DNA of 64,000 bases, from IMG/VR virus record IMGVR_UViG_3300025151_000016. One strand, 5' to 3'. Of the stretch, positions 35,804 through 44,863 are shown piece by piece; positions within the stretch are counted from its first letter, which is position 1; the number at the start of each line of letters is the position of its first letter. A model generated the notes under the pieces. That model was not told the origin of the DNA. It made no database searches and was given only the letters and a program-made list of their open reading frames with translations. The translations under genes were made by a program, and so were the position numbers. The DNA is from a virus.

Positions 35804-36741
35804 TATTTAAAATCCACGTTTGCCATGATTTCTGTCATACATGCTACAACATTTAATTCATGGTCTGCCACAAAGGCATCTTTGTATTGATAGTCTGCAA
35901 GGATAAGAACTAATTGTGGAATAGATCGAGGTTCTATAAATTCATTCATATTATCATATAAGCCACGAAAGATTCCTACAGTATCTTGGTCCATATTGTT
36001 TACGACCCAAGACCTCATCTTCTTGAAATTCTTTTCTTTTAAACTGGTAGAAAGCTCAGCAAACCCAGCTCCGCTAGGATTAATATCACTGCCATCAATA
36101 CTACTCCCACCAATACTGCTTCGTTGTCCTTCATTTATTACTCTCCTCCAGTCCGGTGCGTATTTCATAATTAGATCAGCTACAGCTTTCGAATCATAAG
36201 ATACGTTTTCTTGGTCTAATATATATACGAAACGTTTATAAAATTGAGCTGCAATATCAGCTAGTGCTTTCTTTGACGTATTAAATTCATATACGCCACA
36301 CCGAGAATGTAGGGGTTCAATAACACGATTCTTAAAGTTACATGTTAAAATGAAACGGCAATTATTTGCAAACTCTTCCATGAAACCACGAAGAGCTGGC
36401 TGTGTTGATTGTGGATTAAGATAGTCAGCCTCATCGAGAATGATAACTTTATATCCACCTTGTAAAGATACAGACGAAGCAAATTGTTTTATCTTGCCAC
36501 GTAGTGTATCGATGTTGCCTTCTTCAGATCCATTGATTACTATATAATCGAGATCGAGCTCGTTACACATAGCACGAGCAATTGTAGTCTTACCAAGACC
36601 AGCGGTACCAGTAAACAGCATGTTAGGCATGTCACCAGTATCAACTATTTTTTGAAATGTATTCTTTAAGTCTGCGGGTAAGATTGTATCGGCCACTTTC
36701 CGCGGCCGGTACTTTTCAACCCATAAGAAATCTTTACTCAT
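35803..36741 (-). CDS. gp44: Clamp loader large subunit (gp44)
   Basis: LWVEKYRP, GTAGLGKTT, ILDEAD, SRC. Confidence 0.95.
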   Translation of the reverse strand: MSKDFLWVEKYRPRKVADTILPADLKNTFQKIVDTGDMPNMLFTGTAGLGKTTIARAMCNELDLDYIVINGSEEGNIDTLRGKIKQFASSVSLQGGYKVIILDEADYLNPQSTQPALRGFMEEFANNCRFILTCNFKNRVIEPLHSRCGVYEFNTSKKALADIAAQFYKRFVYILDQENVSYDSKAVADLIMKYAPDWRRVINEGQRSSIGGSSIDGSDINPSGAGFAELSTSLKEKNFKKMRSWVVNNMDQDTVGIFRGLYDNMNEFIEPRSIPQLVLILADYQYKDAFVADHELNVVACMTEIMANVDFK

Positions 36742-36768
36742 CTGCTCTCCTCATAATGTAATAATAAT

Positions 36769-36797
36769 ATTTTAAACCAATTTTGAGCAAATGTAAA
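36769..36797 (-). promoter_or_regulatory. Early promoter TTTACA-17-TAAAAT
   Basis: -35 at 36792-36797, -10 at 36769-36774. Confidence 0.7.
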
Positions 36798-36995
36798 CTA
36801 TTCAGATTCCGCAGCCTCTTCTTCATCGCGTTGTTCTACGATTTGTATAAGCTGAATACACTGGTCTCGTAGTGTACCAATAGTACTAAGCTCTTCGCCT
36901 TTGAATCCACCACGCTGCGTAATAGCATCAATAACTGCTACCGCTGAACGGCTAACTCGGTTACATAGATCATAAACCTGTTCGTGATCTGACAT
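36798..36995 (-). CDS. Conserved small protein between gp45 and gp44
   Basis: IDAITQRGGFKGEELSTIGTLRD; AGGAG RBS. Confidence 0.75.
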   Translation of the reverse strand: MSDHEQVYDLCNRVSRSAVAVIDAITQRGGFKGEELSTIGTLRDQCIQLIQIVEQRDEEEAAESE

Positions 36996-37007
36996 AATAA
37001 TCTCCTA

Positions 37008-37694
37008 TTAATCTTTGTAGGTTGAGGACTTTTCGAGGGCTACCCAATACTTTAAGTCCATATCATCTGAAGTACTGGTGAACTGTGATATAAGCTTCGA
37101 TGATATTTCCACTTTATAATCAGATGGAATCATACGAAGGTTACTAATATTTAAAATGAATTTAAAGTCTTCTGACTTGTATTCTCCATCAACATCAATA
37201 GAGTATGTATTCGATGTACTGTTAGTTGTATCTACAACTGTAAGTGTAACTACACCATTTGAACCAGTAATCGATACCTCGCTGTGGCCAAGTGCCGAAG
37301 CAGCACGTTTCAGGTTGGCAAGTGTTGTTTGATCCAAAGTAAAAGTAACTTCGGGATCTGGCATATTAATTGGTTTACTTGGAGACGTAAGCATTTCTGT
37401 ATCTGAAAAGAAATACTTAATCTTTGCTCTACCTGACGTATCACCAATTGTAGCAAATTGATCGTCAAGTTTTAGGTTAGCGGCATCAAATAAATTTACA
37501 ACCGATAAGAATTCTGGTAGATCGTATATGCCAAACGTACGATCAAATTCTTCCGGCACAGTTGCCTGAGCAAGAATATTCTTAGCTTCAGACATAGTCA
37601 TAACAGACTTCCCTGGATGAATCACTAAGTTAGGATTAATCGAAGAGAAGTTCTTCAAAGTTTGCATAGTAAAGCTGGATAGTTCCATAATCAA
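37008..37694 (-). CDS. gp45: Sliding clamp (gp45)
   Basis: LKNFSSIN, FGIYDL, YWVALE. Confidence 0.93.
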   Translation of the reverse strand: MIMELSSFTMQTLKNFSSINPNLVIHPGKSVMTMSEAKNILAQATVPEEFDRTFGIYDLPEFLSVVNLFDAANLKLDDQFATIGDTSGRAKIKYFFSDTEMLTSPSKPINMPDPEVTFTLDQTTLANLKRAASALGHSEVSITGSNGVVTLTVVDTTNSTSNTYSIDVDGEYKSEDFKFILNISNLRMIPSDYKVEISSKLISQFTSTSDDMDLKYWVALEKSSTYKD

Positions 37695-39412
37695 TTCCCT
37701 TTTAGTTTACTAAAATTTTTCTCTTTGTGAAACTCGAGTTTGTTTTCGAACTTCCCTTCAAGAATATCACCTTTATGAGAAATAACAAACACGTTAGTAT
37801 CGTCATCTAATGTGTGTATTATCTTCATAAGATTGTCAACACCTTCATAATCTAAAGATGAATCGAATGTTTCATCCAAAATAAGCAGGTTAGTTGCAAC
37901 CGAGTTCTTCATCTTGGCTATCATGCGCCAAGTAAAGAGTAACGCCAGATCGATACGCTGTTTCTCACCCTCGGAAAACGAGTCGTAAGTAAAGGCGTCG
38001 CGATGTCTGGATCGAATAGTTTCTGAGAATGCTTCGTCCAGGTGAAAGGATACGAAGAAATCTAGAACCTGTAAGTATTGATTTACGAGTTTATTTATAA
38101 CCGGTAAATACTGTTTAATAATTTTTGTTTTAATTCCTGTGTCTTTGAGCATTTCTAGTATAACACTATTATAACTCAAAGATTCGTTTAAGTACAATCT
38201 TTTTTCAAATAAATCGTCTTTTTTTCCTTTTAATAGTTCAAGGTCAGTTTTAGACTTGGCCACATCACCATCGTTGCCGCGTATCTTTGTTATTGCATCA
38301 TTGATATTTTGTATCTGGCCTTGAAGCCTCACGATTTCTCGATTGTTAGAAGATATAGATGCTGTTTTATTTCGTATGTCTTCTGAGGTATTTGTAAGTT
38401 GACTTAAAGCATCTTCCACAACAGTTGACTGATCACCTACATCGTCTAAAGCTTTTTGTATTTCTGCTGCTTTTGTCTTAGCAGTAGTAAGTTTTGTTGA
38501 TCGTAGTTCTGAATCAATATCTTGAGAACATGTTGGACATGTATCATTTTCCTCGTAAAACTTTGTTTCTTTAACGAGTGTAGAAATCTTCTGATTGAAC
38601 TCAGCTTTGTATTGTAACAATGCTTGTTTCTTATCATGATTCTTTTTAAGGTCTTCTTGTAAGCCAATAGAGCTTTGATCAATCTCATCTGACAAAGTAG
38701 CATTACTTGTTTGCAATGTTTGTATCTCGTCATTGACATCTTTTATTTCAAGTTCTTTACTTTCAATCTGGTCGTTACTAAGACTTTCAACCTCTTTAAT
38801 ATATTTTGATTGTAAGTCAATCTTTTCTTTTGCGAGTTCTAAATCATATTCTGTAGACTTTATATCTTCTTTGAGTAAACCATTCTTTTCTTTTAGAATA
38901 GTATTCATCTTAGAGAATACATTAATATCCAGAAGATCCTCGATAACATCACGCCTAGCGCCGGCTGCAAGTTGCATGAAGGGAATGAAGGAGGAACTGC
39001 CGAGCACGACGATCTGGTGAAAGCTTTTATGATTAAGCTTAATGATGTTTTGCTCGAGGATCTTCTGGTACTCTTTGGAATGAGAGGACTGATTTATCAT
39101 AGTCCCGTCTTTCCAAATCTCGAATATGTTTGGCCTGATACCACGAACTATTTTATAGTTCGAACCAGACACGTTGAATTGAACTTCAACTAGACAATTC
39201 TTATTATTAATCGAATTAAGAAGTTGAGGCTTACTAATATTTCTATGTGCTTTACCGAATAACGCAAATGCCAAAGCATCAAGCATGGTCGATTTGCCTG
39301 CACCATTGTGGCCTACAACCAATGTAGTTTTTGAGTCAGTAAAGTCTACTGTGGTAAAAGAGTTTCCTGTAGAAAGGAAATTCTTCCACTTTAAGGTGGT
39401 AAATTTAATCAT
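37691..39412 (-). CDS. gp46: Recombination endonuclease ATPase subunit (gp46, Rad50-like)
   Basis: GHNGAGKST, CPTC zinc hook, FSEGEK, LDETFD. Confidence 0.95.
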   Translation of the reverse strand: MIKFTTLKWKNFLSTGNSFTTVDFTDSKTTLVVGHNGAGKSTMLDALAFALFGKAHRNISKPQLLNSINNKNCLVEVQFNVSGSNYKIVRGIRPNIFEIWKDGTMINQSSHSKEYQKILEQNIIKLNHKSFHQIVVLGSSSFIPFMQLAAGARRDVIEDLLDINVFSKMNTILKEKNGLLKEDIKSTEYDLELAKEKIDLQSKYIKEVESLSNDQIESKELEIKDVNDEIQTLQTSNATLSDEIDQSSIGLQEDLKKNHDKKQALLQYKAEFNQKISTLVKETKFYEENDTCPTCSQDIDSELRSTKLTTAKTKAAEIQKALDDVGDQSTVVEDALSQLTNTSEDIRNKTASISSNNREIVRLQGQIQNINDAITKIRGNDGDVAKSKTDLELLKGKKDDLFEKRLYLNESLSYNSVILEMLKDTGIKTKIIKQYLPVINKLVNQYLQVLDFFVSFHLDEAFSETIRSRHRDAFTYDSFSEGEKQRIDLALLFTWRMIAKMKNSVATNLLILDETFDSSLDYEGVDNLMKIIHTLDDDTNVFVISHKGDILEGKFENKLEFHKEKNFSKLKGN

Positions 39413-40470
39413 GCTATTTCGAGTGTCTGTGCTTCCACATATAGATCGTTCATTTCTTTTTTGATACGATCTTTATCCAACTCTGTCTCCACGTTATCAA
39501 TGTATGTATTAACGAGAGATGTTGTATCTTCAAGAGATACGTTTTCATCTTCTACGTTACTTCCAATAAATTCTGAAAAATTATCTTGAATTTTGAGTTC
39601 ATATATTTTCCTATTCTGTATTCTATCAACAAATCGGTCGAATGTAAATAGGTCATTTTTATTAATTACTACAATTTTTACAAATTTATTGTCTAGTGAT
39701 GTAACGTCATAATCTCCGAAATCAGCCACCACATCGTCGTAATAGATCCGATGGAACAAAGTATGAGGGTTATGGATAGGAGTAAGGTCACGTGTTGATG
39801 TATCCAAGATGTGAAAGTATTTTTTGTCGTGGGCGTCATTCCAGAAAAACTCCATTTGTGATCCAAGGTAATGGATATTACCTTTATTTGATTTTGTATG
39901 ATAGTGTCCTGATAACACCATCTCGAATCTATCGAAGATAGAAGGGTCCATGCCATGCGTGCTTTCAATACCCTTCATCATTTCAAAACCGTCAAGTTCT
40001 AAATGAGCACCGAGGATTGGAGCATCACATTTTTTAATAAATTCTATGTATTCTTTTTCATTCTCAGGATTAATCCATGGAACCATTGCAATCTTAAGTT
40101 CATCATATTCTAAGACTGTAGGATTATTTACGATATGTACCTCATTCATATAATGTCCAAGTAACTCTTTTAATGAGTTCAAGTCATTTGTATTCTTATA
40201 GTACGTATCATGGTTACCACATATAATATCCATAGTGATACCATACTCACGTAACTTATGAAGGAACATCTTACGATTACGTGTAAGTGCTTTGAAGTTA
40301 ATAAACTTACGATTGTCATAGTAATCACCGAGGTGAAGAATATGTTTTATATTATTTTTTAAGAGATAGGGGAAAAATACTTCATTATAAAATTTGTCTG
40401 CATTATCTAAAAAAATATCAGAAGAATTGCGAACACCACAATGGGTGTCATTCAATATAGCTATTTTCAT
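39409..40470 (-). CDS. gp47: Recombination endonuclease subunit (gp47, Mre11-like)
   Basis: DTH, GD..D, GNHD and GHYH metallophosphoesterase motifs. Confidence 0.95.
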   Translation of the reverse strand: MKIAILNDTHCGVRNSSDIFLDNADKFYNEVFFPYLLKNNIKHILHLGDYYDNRKFINFKALTRNRKMFLHKLREYGITMDIICGNHDTYYKNTNDLNSLKELLGHYMNEVHIVNNPTVLEYDELKIAMVPWINPENEKEYIEFIKKCDAPILGAHLELDGFEMMKGIESTHGMDPSIFDRFEMVLSGHYHTKSNKGNIHYLGSQMEFFWNDAHDKKYFHILDTSTRDLTPIHNPHTLFHRIYYDDVVADFGDYDVTSLDNKFVKIVVINKNDLFTFDRFVDRIQNRKIYELKIQDNFSEFIGSNVEDENVSLEDTTSLVNTYIDNVETELDKDRIKKEMNDLYVEAQTLEIA

Positions 40471-41063
40471 TCATCATCCATAAATGTTTGTAGGTCAGAA
40501 TCAACACGCATAACTCGTTTCTTACGTGTCTTTTCTTCTTGTACATATTGACGAAACTCTGTATCACGTTCTTTTACTTTATCAATACGATCTTTGAGTT
40601 GATCGACAAATACCTGTACAGCATTATTAGCAGCTTTATCTTCAACGTCTCCGAACACGTACTGTTCAATACCAGACTGTGATAAGTACTTGAGTTTAAT
40701 GTCTTGTTGTTTCTTTTCTTTTGCGATACGACGTAGGAATGCGTACCAAGAAATTTGAGTGAAATACGCGAATGCGTTTGGGTTACCTGATCGTGTAGCA
40801 GCTTCAATGTTATAGTTTTCAATAGCCTTTAGACAATTCTCAACTGCGTCCATCACCATCTCTTCACGATAAGTGTAACGTATGAAATTAGATTTATGTG
40901 ATAAGCCTTCGGCAATTTTAAGAAAGCACTGCGCGATGTAATTAGGAACAACTGGAAGCGTGGATTCTTTTTCTTTTGCTTCCTTCACTACTGTACAATA
41001 ATCAACAACTGCCTGTGAAAATTCTTTGTTATTTACGTAGTGAATGCTTTTCTTCTTGGCCAT
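40467..41063 (-). CDS. gp55: Late sigma factor (gp55)
   Basis: HYVNNKEF, NFIRYTYREEM, NAFAYFTQI. Confidence 0.95.
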   Translation of the reverse strand: MAKKKSIHYVNNKEFSQAVVDYCTVVKEAKEKESTLPVVPNYIAQCFLKIAEGLSHKSNFIRYTYREEMVMDAVENCLKAIENYNIEAATRSGNPNAFAYFTQISWYAFLRRIAKEKKQQDIKLKYLSQSGIEQYVFGDVEDKAANNAVQVFVDQLKDRIDKVKERDTEFRQYVQEEKTRKKRVMRVDSDLQTFMDDE

Positions 41064-41087
41064 AATATATCCTCATTCAATATTTCT

Positions 41088-41116
41088 ATTCTATACTATA
41101 TTTCAATAAAAGTAAA
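41088..41116 (-). promoter_or_regulatory. Early promoter TTTACT-17-TAGAAT for gp55
   Basis: -35 at 41111-41116, -10 at 41088-41093. Confidence 0.75.
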
Positions 41117-41139
41117 CTAAAAAAATAATTTTTTTTTAT

Positions 41140-41180
41140 TGCATTTTAGGGGTTTACAATCCTGCAAAACTGTATATAAT
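41140..41180 (+). promoter_or_regulatory. Divergent (antisense) early-type promoter TTTACA-16-TATAAT
   Basis: 22-bp block identical to the reverse complement of 3736-3757; no plus-strand gene follows. Confidence 0.55.
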
Positions 41181-41211
41181 TTAAAGGTATCCTTTATGGT
41201 GGGCTGGATTA

Positions 41212-41649
41212 CTAGTGTAATTTATTTTTACCGGGCCCAGGGAATAACTTAATTACATTATCGTTATCGCTGTCTTCATCTTCTCCGTCAAGGATTGCTG
41301 TGATTTTTTTCATATACTTTTTAAATTTTTCGTCGCCGTCAACTGGCGAGCGGTCATCATTTTCTGAGCTTAGCGCGTTGTAATATTCTTTTACTACTTC
41401 CTTTATAGGAGTTGCTTCTACAAGAATATGTTCGGCGTTTAAAGTTTGAAACGTTCCTTCTTCGAGCTGCATAATCATTAGGGGTCTAAAAATGTGATAC
41501 CGTAATCCATCAGGTCTATCTACAGTAACTACCTTCAAAGGATTACGTATGACAAGACCAGGACCTTCATCATCAGTCCAATCAACTACCTCGCACACAA
41601 TTTCGTCGCCGGTGCTAAGTAAGCATTGTTTTACAATTATATCGGTCAT
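41212..41649 (-). CDS. Conserved T4-like hypothetical protein downstream of uvsW
   Basis: KQCLLSTGDEIVCEV...IRNP pattern; conserved position. Confidence 0.7.
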   Translation of the reverse strand: MTDIIVKQCLLSTGDEIVCEVVDWTDDEGPGLVIRNPLKVVTVDRPDGLRYHIFRPLMIMQLEEGTFQTLNAEHILVEATPIKEVVKEYYNALSSENDDRSPVDGDEKFKKYMKKITAILDGEDEDSDNDNVIKLFPGPGKNKLH

Positions 41650-43127
41650 ATGTCTACCTTAATGACTTTATATTTAAATTGTTCTTTGTCGTATATTTTT
41701 ATGCGTTCAGCGCCATGAAGTAACGTGTAATTTTTTCTATTCTGCCAGTGTAAGTCGTCGGTTATGTCGTAGAGTGTTGTTTCACGTCCATCATCGGATT
41801 GGCGTAACCCTCGTCCGATAGATTGTAAAACCTTAATTTGAGACTTTGACGGGCTAGCGAACACGATATTATGCAGATTCCGTATATTAATACCAGTACT
41901 AAAGGTACCAAGACTTGCAACAATAATTGCACCATTTTGTTTCTCCACTATTTTACGAATTGCTTCTCTATCTGAAGTTGCCACTTCACCAGACACAAAG
42001 AAAACTTTTCTTCCTTCCTCTGCCTTACTATTTATTAAATCATAGAGAGGCTTTCCATGAGCCTCCACACGACTAAATAAGACAAGAGTATTTCCCTTAG
42101 CATCCAGAGCGAGATTCCGAATAAGCCTATTACGAGTAGTATTTCCAATAATGAATTCAATTTCATCTTGATATGTTTTGTTGCCAAAGTCTTTCCTCAC
42201 TTCTTCTGTATAATTTAATAAAAGTACTTTAATATCTAAAGGAGCCAATGTTCCTTCGTCTTGTAACGTTTTGGTCATGGTAACCTGATGCACAGGCCCA
42301 AATAATCCCTCAAGGACGAGTCTATGTGTCTGCGTGCCGTCGAGTGTGCCAGTTGTGCCGAACCTATACTTTGCTTTTGTCGCCTTATTCATTATTGACG
42401 ACAGGGACTTAGATTTAAATCCGTGGCACTCATCTCCTATTACCATACCAAACTGTTCAAACCATTTCTTAGGAAACTTATATATCGACTGCCAGGTTGA
42501 AATAATAACACGTTTAGGAGAGTTCTTATCTTTACCTGAATATATTCTATGACACATATCTTCTACGTTCATATTATAATCTTTAAAGTCTGTATACATT
42601 TGTTCAACTAAAGAAGTAGTTGGAACGATAATTAAAACTTTATCATTTTCATTCTCCATTTCCATCCAGTACTTAATAATAAGATAGATGATAAATGATT
42701 TACCAGATCCTGTAGGTGATAATAGAATAGCACGATTTGAAATTAAAGAACGAATAACTGCGTCGTACTGATAGTCTCTTGGAGCAAACGGAAGATTTGA
42801 AACGCTTAAGAAATTATCAAATACTTTTTGATCAACTACATTCTTATCGGTAGGAGATCCATAATCCGATTCTTCTAATTCATATGTATATCCTCTTTCA
42901 GTACAAAACTTACGAAGATAATGAAACAATCCAGCATTTAATTCGTTTGTAAGATTATTATATAAACGTATCTTACCATCCCATACCTTATTCTTATACG
43001 CAGGCATAAACTTATATCCTGGAACATAGAATGAAAAGTACTCGGATAGTTCTTGAGCTGGACCACGTTCGCAGTCTACATACATCATACTATAATCTTT
43101 TAGCTGAACTTTAAAGTCTGCCATCAA
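41646..43127 (-). CDS. uvsW: SF2 helicase UvsW
   Basis: SPTGSGKS, GDECH, QSIGRGLR. Confidence 0.95.
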   Translation of the reverse strand: MMADFKVQLKDYSMMYVDCERGPAQELSEYFSFYVPGYKFMPAYKNKVWDGKIRLYNNLTNELNAGLFHYLRKFCTERGYTYELEESDYGSPTDKNVVDQKVFDNFLSVSNLPFAPRDYQYDAVIRSLISNRAILLSPTGSGKSFIIYLIIKYWMEMENENDKVLIIVPTTSLVEQMYTDFKDYNMNVEDMCHRIYSGKDKNSPKRVIISTWQSIYKFPKKWFEQFGMVIGDECHGFKSKSLSSIMNKATKAKYRFGTTGTLDGTQTHRLVLEGLFGPVHQVTMTKTLQDEGTLAPLDIKVLLLNYTEEVRKDFGNKTYQDEIEFIIGNTTRNRLIRNLALDAKGNTLVLFSRVEAHGKPLYDLINSKAEEGRKVFFVSGEVATSDREAIRKIVEKQNGAIIVASLGTFSTGINIRNLHNIVFASPSKSQIKVLQSIGRGLRQSDDGRETTLYDITDDLHWQNRKNYTLLHGAERIKIYDKEQFKYKVIKVDI

Positions 43128-43570
43128 TCGCCTTGTTCAAACTGCCTCCAACGAATCATATTGGAAATAGTTTGATGTCTCCATTTTAAGTTATCAATTA
43201 TATCGGTAAGACTATCTATAACTGTCTTCCAATATTCTATTTTTTCTTCGGACTGCTGGATCTCAGGATCCGAGTCATAGTAATAATCCATCTCGCCTTT
43301 GAGGATACGCAATCCATTGAAAGGATCAGGATCCCAACCTTTTTCGGCTAATTCATCTTGATCCATTTTACCATTATAGTAAAGCCATTTTTCTTTAAGC
43401 AAATTTTTCTGCGTAAACTCTGCTTTCTTCTTCATAAGCTTGGCCTCGGCCAGTAGCTGAAGATATTTAGCATGTAATTTTGGAGTGTCTCTAGAAGTAG
43501 CATCTAGTTTGCTGTTATCAATAATGCAATCCTCTTGCCACATAGCAAGAATCGTTTTCAAGTCAATCAT
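43124..43570 (-). CDS. uvsY: Recombination mediator UvsY
   Basis: W.ED..ID, PKLHAKY, YYNGK, I.NMI.W..F. Confidence 0.9.
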   Translation of the reverse strand: MIDLKTILAMWQEDCIIDNSKLDATSRDTPKLHAKYLQLLAEAKLMKKKAEFTQKNLLKEKWLYYNGKMDQDELAEKGWDPDPFNGLRILKGEMDYYYDSDPEIQQSEEKIEYWKTVIDSLTDIIDNLKWRHQTISNMIRWRQFEQGD

Positions 43571-43586
43571 AATGTTCCTATTTCAG

Positions 43587-44132
43587 TTAAGAAATTTCAA
43601 AGTAAGAGAATCTAAAATTAGCAGGGTACGTAAGAAAAGATTCAGTTGTAGTCGATTCAAATGTTATGTTACCAAGACCAGTTGGTATACAATCTTTGTA
43701 TTTAATTTTTCGTGTGGTATTATTGTGGCTAGATAAAATAGACACAGTAATATCAGCATTGGTTGGTGGTATCTGCTCAGATCTATTTAGTGGCGATTTA
43801 TAATCCTGTTGAACGATACGAGTAATCCAGTTGTACATTTCAATGTATGAGTTCATATTCTCATCAAGAATAATCATTGCAGATAGTTCGCCAAACCGAA
43901 GTGTATCTCCAGCAAAAGGTACATTGGCCACACGTAGATGTGGAAGTTCTGCTGCCGTAAGAGATGTGTCTGGATGTAGCACAGATTGAGCAAAGAACTC
44001 TAGGTTAGGAAAGTTCTTTCGATCAATTGAAAGTTTAAACGCGTTTGGCTGTAGATAGTTAATATTATTGAGCTGGCTTTGTGAGCTCGTAGTACTAACT
44101 GCTACAGTTACTGCTGGATTTAATGTAGGCAT
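43587..44132 (-). CDS. gp3: Tail tube terminator/completion protein (gp3)
   Basis: NYLQPNAFKL, LDENMNSY, tube-like fold; position after gp23. Confidence 0.8.
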   Translation of the reverse strand: MPTLNPAVTVAVSTTSSQSQLNNINYLQPNAFKLSIDRKNFPNLEFFAQSVLHPDTSLTAAELPHLRVANVPFAGDTLRFGELSAMIILDENMNSYIEMYNWITRIVQQDYKSPLNRSEQIPPTNADITVSILSSHNNTTRKIKYKDCIPTGLGNITFESTTTESFLTYPANFRFSYFEIS

Positions 44133-44157
44133 ATTCTTTTTCCGTTCTGCTTACATC

Positions 44158-44165
44158 TATTTATA
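44158..44165 (-). promoter_or_regulatory. T4 late promoter TATAAATA
   Basis: Exact consensus upstream of gp3. Confidence 0.75.
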
Positions 44166-44169
44166 TAAG

Positions 44170-44194
44170 AAAAAAGGCTGCTTTTCAGCAGCCT
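44170..44194 (-). terminator. Intrinsic terminator
   Basis: AGGCTGCT-GAAA-AGCAGCCT followed by a T-run. Confidence 0.85.
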
Positions 44195-44400
44195 ACCTCT
44201 TTCATGTAAAACCCAGGCGTGCATTTTCTAGGTATCATTTCCCATAAGGCCGATATTGTAAAGTGACCTTCTTTCTCTGGGCAAGCTTTGAGTGACCATT
44301 GTCTAGCTTTTTCGTACACGTCTTCTTTTGTTGCGCCGTGCAAAGTTGTTTCGCACCAGCCATAATCATTGCGCCAAAATGTGAATGCCATTTTATACAT
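44185..44400 (-). CDS. Hypothetical early protein
   Basis: Coupled ORF in the island after gp23. Confidence 0.6.
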   Translation of the reverse strand: MYKMAFTFWRNDYGWCETTLHGATKEDVYEKARQWSLKACPEKEGHFTISALWEMIPRKCTPGFYMKEVGC

Positions 44401-44651
44401 TAAGCTACCTCGTAACCAAAGTTTTCTACTAAAAAGTCATTACCGTATTCTTCAGCAATCGCCATGCAGATTTGCTCACGTGGTTCAGTATCCATTTCGT
44501 CTACTAATGCTGAAGCCATTTTAAACTGCTTCATTCCAAGGTGAAAATGTACTGCTAAGAAAGATTTACAATCGCTCATATACAGATCTTTAAGATCTTT
44601 GTTTGTTTGTGCGTAGCTGAATGTTTGATCTATTAGAGTTTTTACTGACAT
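44400..44651 (-). CDS. Hypothetical early protein
   Basis: AAGGA RBS; behind an early promoter. Confidence 0.7.
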   Translation of the reverse strand: MSVKTLIDQTFSYAQTNKDLKDLYMSDCKSFLAVHFHLGMKQFKMASALVDEMDTEPREQICMAIAEEYGNDFLVENFGYEVA

Positions 44652-44678
44652 TTGGTTTTTCCTTTATCTGATATATCT

Positions 44679-44707
44679 AGTCTACCATAGTTTCTCGGGA
44701 ATGTACA
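44679..44707 (-). promoter_or_regulatory. Early promoter TGTACA-17-TAGACT
   Basis: -35 at 44702-44707, -10 at 44679-44684. Confidence 0.65.
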
Positions 44708-44715
44708 CCTTTTTG

Positions 44716-44804
44716 TTTCGTTTAAAAACAACTACTTACGCTTTTTTTTCATAAGTAGTTGAAAACAAACAAAACTTTCTTTTCGTTTAAAAACAACTAC
44801 TTAC
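44716..44804. repeat. 24-bp direct repeat TTTCGTTTAAAAACAACTACTTAC (x2) with an inverted partial copy between
   Basis: Copies at 44716-44739 and 44781-44804; inverted TAAGTAGTTGAAA at 44752-44764. Confidence 0.85.
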
Positions 44805-44809
44805 AAAAT

Positions 44810-44835
44810 AAAAAAAGGGCCGCCGAAGCGACCCT
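44810..44835 (-). terminator. gp23 terminator with C-UUCG-G tetraloop
   Basis: AGGGTCGC-TTCG-GCGGCCCT followed by a T-run. Confidence 0.9.
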
Positions 44836-44863
44836 AGTAGTATCGAGCTAGTGATACTTAATC

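Noticed and set aside
44716-44804. Mini CRISPR array
   Set aside because: Only two repeats; the spacer contains an inverted copy of the core; related motifs occur at promoters; no cas genes
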